A stretch of DNA of 64,000 bases from Cyanobacteria bacterium P01_A01_bin.123 (lineage in GTDB: Bacteria; Cyanobacteriota; Cyanobacteriia; Phormidesmidales; Phormidesmidaceae): contig JBCBZT010000038.1 of NCBI GenBank assembly GCA_039815185.1, positions 15,327-79,326 on the forward strand. The letters run 5' to 3'. Positions 60,715 to 64,000 of this stretch are shown one piece after another. Under the pieces are notes generated by a model. That model did no database searches. It was not told the origin of the DNA and saw nothing but the letters and a program-made list of their open reading frames with translations. The translations under genes were made by a program, and so were the position numbers. Each line of letters begins with the position of its first letter. Position 1 is the first letter of the stretch.

Positions 60715-62723
60715 TGCCAACGAAACAGGAATTGTCTCAACGGATTTCGGCCCTCTCGCCAAATCAACGGGCGGCCCTATTACAACAACTTCAGCAGCTT
60801 GGTATTGAGCGGCAGGTACCCTCTGGACAATCGGCGCAACGGTTAGTGGCCTATGTGGTTCTCCACGCTGATGTTGCCGAGCCGAATCTGCCAATTTTGC
60901 GGGACGCCCTTAAAGCAAAACTGCCCCACTACATGGTGCCAGCCGCCATTGTGCCACTAAAGAAGCTACCGCGCACTGCCAATGGCAAGGTTGATACGAA
61001 AGCCCTGCCTGCCCCCCAACCCGCAGCCCTCTCTGATCGAATCGCTGCCCCACGGAATTCAACGGAAACAACGCTAACTCAGATTTGGCGTGATGTTCTC
61101 CGGCTTGAAGCCATCGGCATCCACGACAACTTTTTTGAACTGGGGGGCGACTCCATCCTCAGCATTCAAATTGTGTCTAGAGCGCGGGAGGTTGGGTTGC
61201 GGTTGGCCCCCAGCCAACTCTTCGAGCAGCCCACCATTGCAGAACTGGCGGCTGTGGTCAATCTCGCGCCTGAGGTGGCTGCAACCCAGACAATTGTGAC
61301 TGGCTCTGTGCCCCTGACGCCAATTCAGCATTGGTTCTTTGAGCAGGCAATGGTAGCGCCTCACCAATGGCATCAGGCGATGATGTTTGAAGTGCCGCCT
61401 AGGGTATCTGGAGAGGTTGTTGAAAGGGCGATCGCAACCCTTTGGCACCACCACGATGCCCTTAGACTCTGCTTCAGCCAGGATTCAGCGGGTTGGCAGC
61501 AGGTCAATGCAGATGCCAGCGAACCCCCCTCGATTCAGCAAATTGATCTGGCCCATTTGAGTGATGCGGATCAAAGGGCAGCGGTTGCCCAGCACGGTAG
61601 TCATTTGCACGCGAGTATAAATTTGGCCTCTGGTGGCCTGATGCGGATGGCCCACTTTATCCGGGGGGCAAATCAACCCAGTTGGCTACTGCTTAGCTTG
61701 CATCACCTGGGGGTGGATACCGTGTCTTGGCAGATCTTGCAAAGTGATTTGGCCACGCTGTTAACCCAACCCAACCCATCTCTACCCGCCAAGACAACCG
61801 CCTTCAAAACCTGGGCCGAGACGCTCATTGCTCAAGCAGCTGGGCGACGTTCAGAAGCATCCTTTTGGTTTGAGCGAGTTGAGTCTCCGGCCATTGCTCT
61901 ACCGCGCGATTACCCTAATGCACCACCCGCTATTGAAGGGACTGCGCAGACCATCACCATCAGCCTCGATTCTGCAGATACCCATGCCCTGCTCCAGGCA
62001 GTACCCGCCGTCTACAACACCCAGATTAACGACGTCCTGCTAACAGCACTGACCCAGACGCTATTGCAGTGGGTGGATGCCCGCTCAGGCAGCGTTCGCA
62101 TTGAGGTAGAAGCCCACGGTCGTGAGGCAATCGCGGCTGGTGTAGACGTGTCCCGCACAGTGGGCTGGTTTACCACCACCTATCCCGTGACGTTAACGCT
62201 GACCGATGGCAACGACTGCGGTACAGCGTTGAAATCCGTCAAAGAACAGCTCCGCCAGATTCCCAATCGCGGTATTGGCTACGGCATGTTGCGCTATCTC
62301 GGTGATGACTTAACCCGTCGTCGCCTAGCGCAGGCTCCACCGTCCGAGGTGTTGTTCAACTACTTGGGCCAGCACAGTTCGATTCAACCCAACTCGGCTG
62401 GCGCAGGAGGTGGCATTCAAGCCATTCACGACATTGACATGGGCCAGCTCAGAGATCCGCGCAACCGCCGCAGCTACCTGCTAGAGGTGAATGCCTGGGT
62501 CGCCGACGGACGGTTGCAGCACAACTGGCGATACGACACGCAGATTTACGCCCCAGATACCCTAACGGCGATCGCGAACCGCTATCTCACTACTCTTAAA
62601 GCCATCATCGCTCACTGCACCACCACTGACAGCGGTGGCTTTACCCCCTCTGACTTCCCCGATACCGATTTCAGTCAGTCAGAACTGGACGCATTCATCG
62701 GTCAGCTCACCCAGGAGGCTTGA
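60714..62723 (+). CDS. NRPS docking helix - A C-terminal subdomain - T - E
   Basis: RISALSPNQRAALL, RLVAYVV, LPHYMVP (A9), NGKVD (A10), GGDSI, HHLGVDTVSW, EAHGRE, FTPSDFP. Confidence 0.9.
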   Translation: MPTKQELSQRISALSPNQRAALLQQLQQLGIERQVPSGQSAQRLVAYVVLHADVAEPNLPILRDALKAKLPHYMVPAAIVPLKKLPRTANGKVDTKALPAPQPAALSDRIAAPRNSTETTLTQIWRDVLRLEAIGIHDNFFELGGDSILSIQIVSRAREVGLRLAPSQLFEQPTIAELAAVVNLAPEVAATQTIVTGSVPLTPIQHWFFEQAMVAPHQWHQAMMFEVPPRVSGEVVERAIATLWHHHDALRLCFSQDSAGWQQVNADASEPPSIQQIDLAHLSDADQRAAVAQHGSHLHASINLASGGLMRMAHFIRGANQPSWLLLSLHHLGVDTVSWQILQSDLATLLTQPNPSLPAKTTAFKTWAETLIAQAAGRRSEASFWFERVESPAIALPRDYPNAPPAIEGTAQTITISLDSADTHALLQAVPAVYNTQINDVLLTALTQTLLQWVDARSGSVRIEVEAHGREAIAAGVDVSRTVGWFTTTYPVTLTLTDGNDCGTALKSVKEQLRQIPNRGIGYGMLRYLGDDLTRRRLAQAPPSEVLFNYLGQHSSIQPNSAGAGGGIQAIHDIDMGQLRDPRNRRSYLLEVNAWVADGRLQHNWRYDTQIYAPDTLTAIANRYLTTLKAIIAHCTTTDSGGFTPSDFPDTDFSQSELDAFIGQLTQEA

Positions 62724-62724
62724 T

Positions 62725-63441
62725 ATGGACAAGCAAAATATTGAAACGCTATATCCCCTAGCCCCGCTGCAGCAGGCATTTCTGTGGCACAGTCTACAAG
62801 CTTCGTCGCAAGCTGGCTTGTTGCACATGCGCTGTACGCTACGCGGTGAGCTTGACCCCGATCTGCTGCGACAAGCTTGGGAATTTGTCGTTAGCCAACA
62901 TCCCGTCCTACGCACCTCCGTTCACTGGGAGGCCGTCAAGCAACCCTTACAAGTCGTGGCCAAACAAGTCACTTTGCCTTGGGTACAGCTTGACTGGCGA
63001 GATCATAAAGACCCGCAGCAAGCGTTAACAGAATTTTTGGCCAACGATCGCGATCGCGGCTTTGACCTCACCCAAGCCCCGATCTCCCGTCTAGCTCTAA
63101 TTCGGCTCAGCGAAACCGACTCCGAGCTGATCTGGAGCTGCCACCACCTCACCCTAGACGGCTGGTCTGGTGCATTGGTGCTCAACCAGGTGCTCAACAC
63201 CTACGAAACCCTGCATCAAGGGAAACCCCCTGCGGACAAGCCTGCACCGACTTACCAAACCTACCTGCGCTGGCTCAAACAACAGAACGAAGCCACCGCC
63301 GCTACCTTCTGGAAAGAAACACTCCAAGGGTTTACGACACCCACCCCCCGCCCCGCAAGTGATCGAACGACACTCGCTCGTTGTTCCCAGCACGGCAACC
63401 CGATTCCGCTGTTGGGGCCACTGCGGCAGAAGCGACCGTGA
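62725..63441 (+). pseudogene. NRPS condensation domain, truncated near 63345
   Basis: LYPLAPLQQ, HHLTLDGWS, FWKETLQGF; homology is lost after TTPTP. Confidence 0.75.
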
Positions 63442-64000
63442 CGACTCTAACCCGACCGAGAGGAGCCTGACAGGGATAAAGCTCCTCATCTTCTCATGCT
63501 TCGCAAGATCAGGCCGGCCTATCTCAACCCATCAGCCAGCCAAGCTAAGCCTCATCCTGCCAAGTAAGTCAAAGGCGCCAAGCCCTCTCTAGACTATTGT
63601 TGCGAGTAGGCTGCGTTCATTGCCGTCGCTACCTGGCTGCCTATCTTCCTCGCTGCGGAGAGGTATTCAGGGGAGGCGGTCCTGATCAAGGTGGGTCCTT
63701 TGAACAAGCCCCAGTATCCCCTCCAGCCCCGAAGCGATGCTGTCGTTGAAATCGCCGACAGGCCTGCCAGCATTTCTGGCTTCGGGGGAGGTGACGGTTG
63801 CCGTCCGGAAGTCGACCCCGATACGATCTGCGAAGGACCGAAGAGTCCGCGCGGTACCGATGCCGTACTCGTCCCCTGTTTCGCACGTTTCGCGGACATG
63901 CGTCGAGAGAGGGAAGTGGGGAGGGCGGGAGGTGGGAAAGGAAGGGGAAATCGTTCCGCCACCGCCCGCATCACCGCTCAATAGACGCAGCCCCTCGGGG

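Noticed and set aside
63594..63984. Several overlapping ORFs at the window end
   Set aside because: No family recognisable, so no frame can be chosen.

Overview
Cyanobacterial chromosomal window; the HIP1 octamer GCGATCGC is frequent except in the low-GC inserts. Left part (1-28 kb): nitrogen/nucleobase scavenging genes (ABC permease, cytosine deaminase, cysteine hydrolase, FAD oxidoreductase, MSMEG_0565/0570 pair, nucleoside deaminase, BMP-type ABC operon), desA, a PPC-TPR-CHAT protein, three Uma2 genes and a RelE-type TA pair. It also holds a SinI-like R-M pair whose endonuclease has an in-frame stop, and a low-GC ABC-ATPase (RloC-like defence candidate) bracketed by inverted REP-like repeats. 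Middle (28-39.6 kb): an accessory mosaic with integron-type gene cassettes (one clear attC site, an attI-like dyad array, no integrase), a serralysin-like protease, and AraC, RAYT, SDR and RHS remnants. Part of this mosaic lies between a metal-binding lipoprotein gene and its apparent ABC partners. Right part (39.6-63.4 kb): an NRPS cluster flanked by HupE/UreJ and ABC genes. It has a cyclodeaminase/A/PCP/dehydrogenase starter cassette, a C-A-T-E module, a methyltransferase, and a His-type A domain split across two genes with a glycosyltransferase gene between the halves. The last C domain breaks off near 63345 into unrelated sequence. All assignments come from motif recognition by eye; no searches were run.
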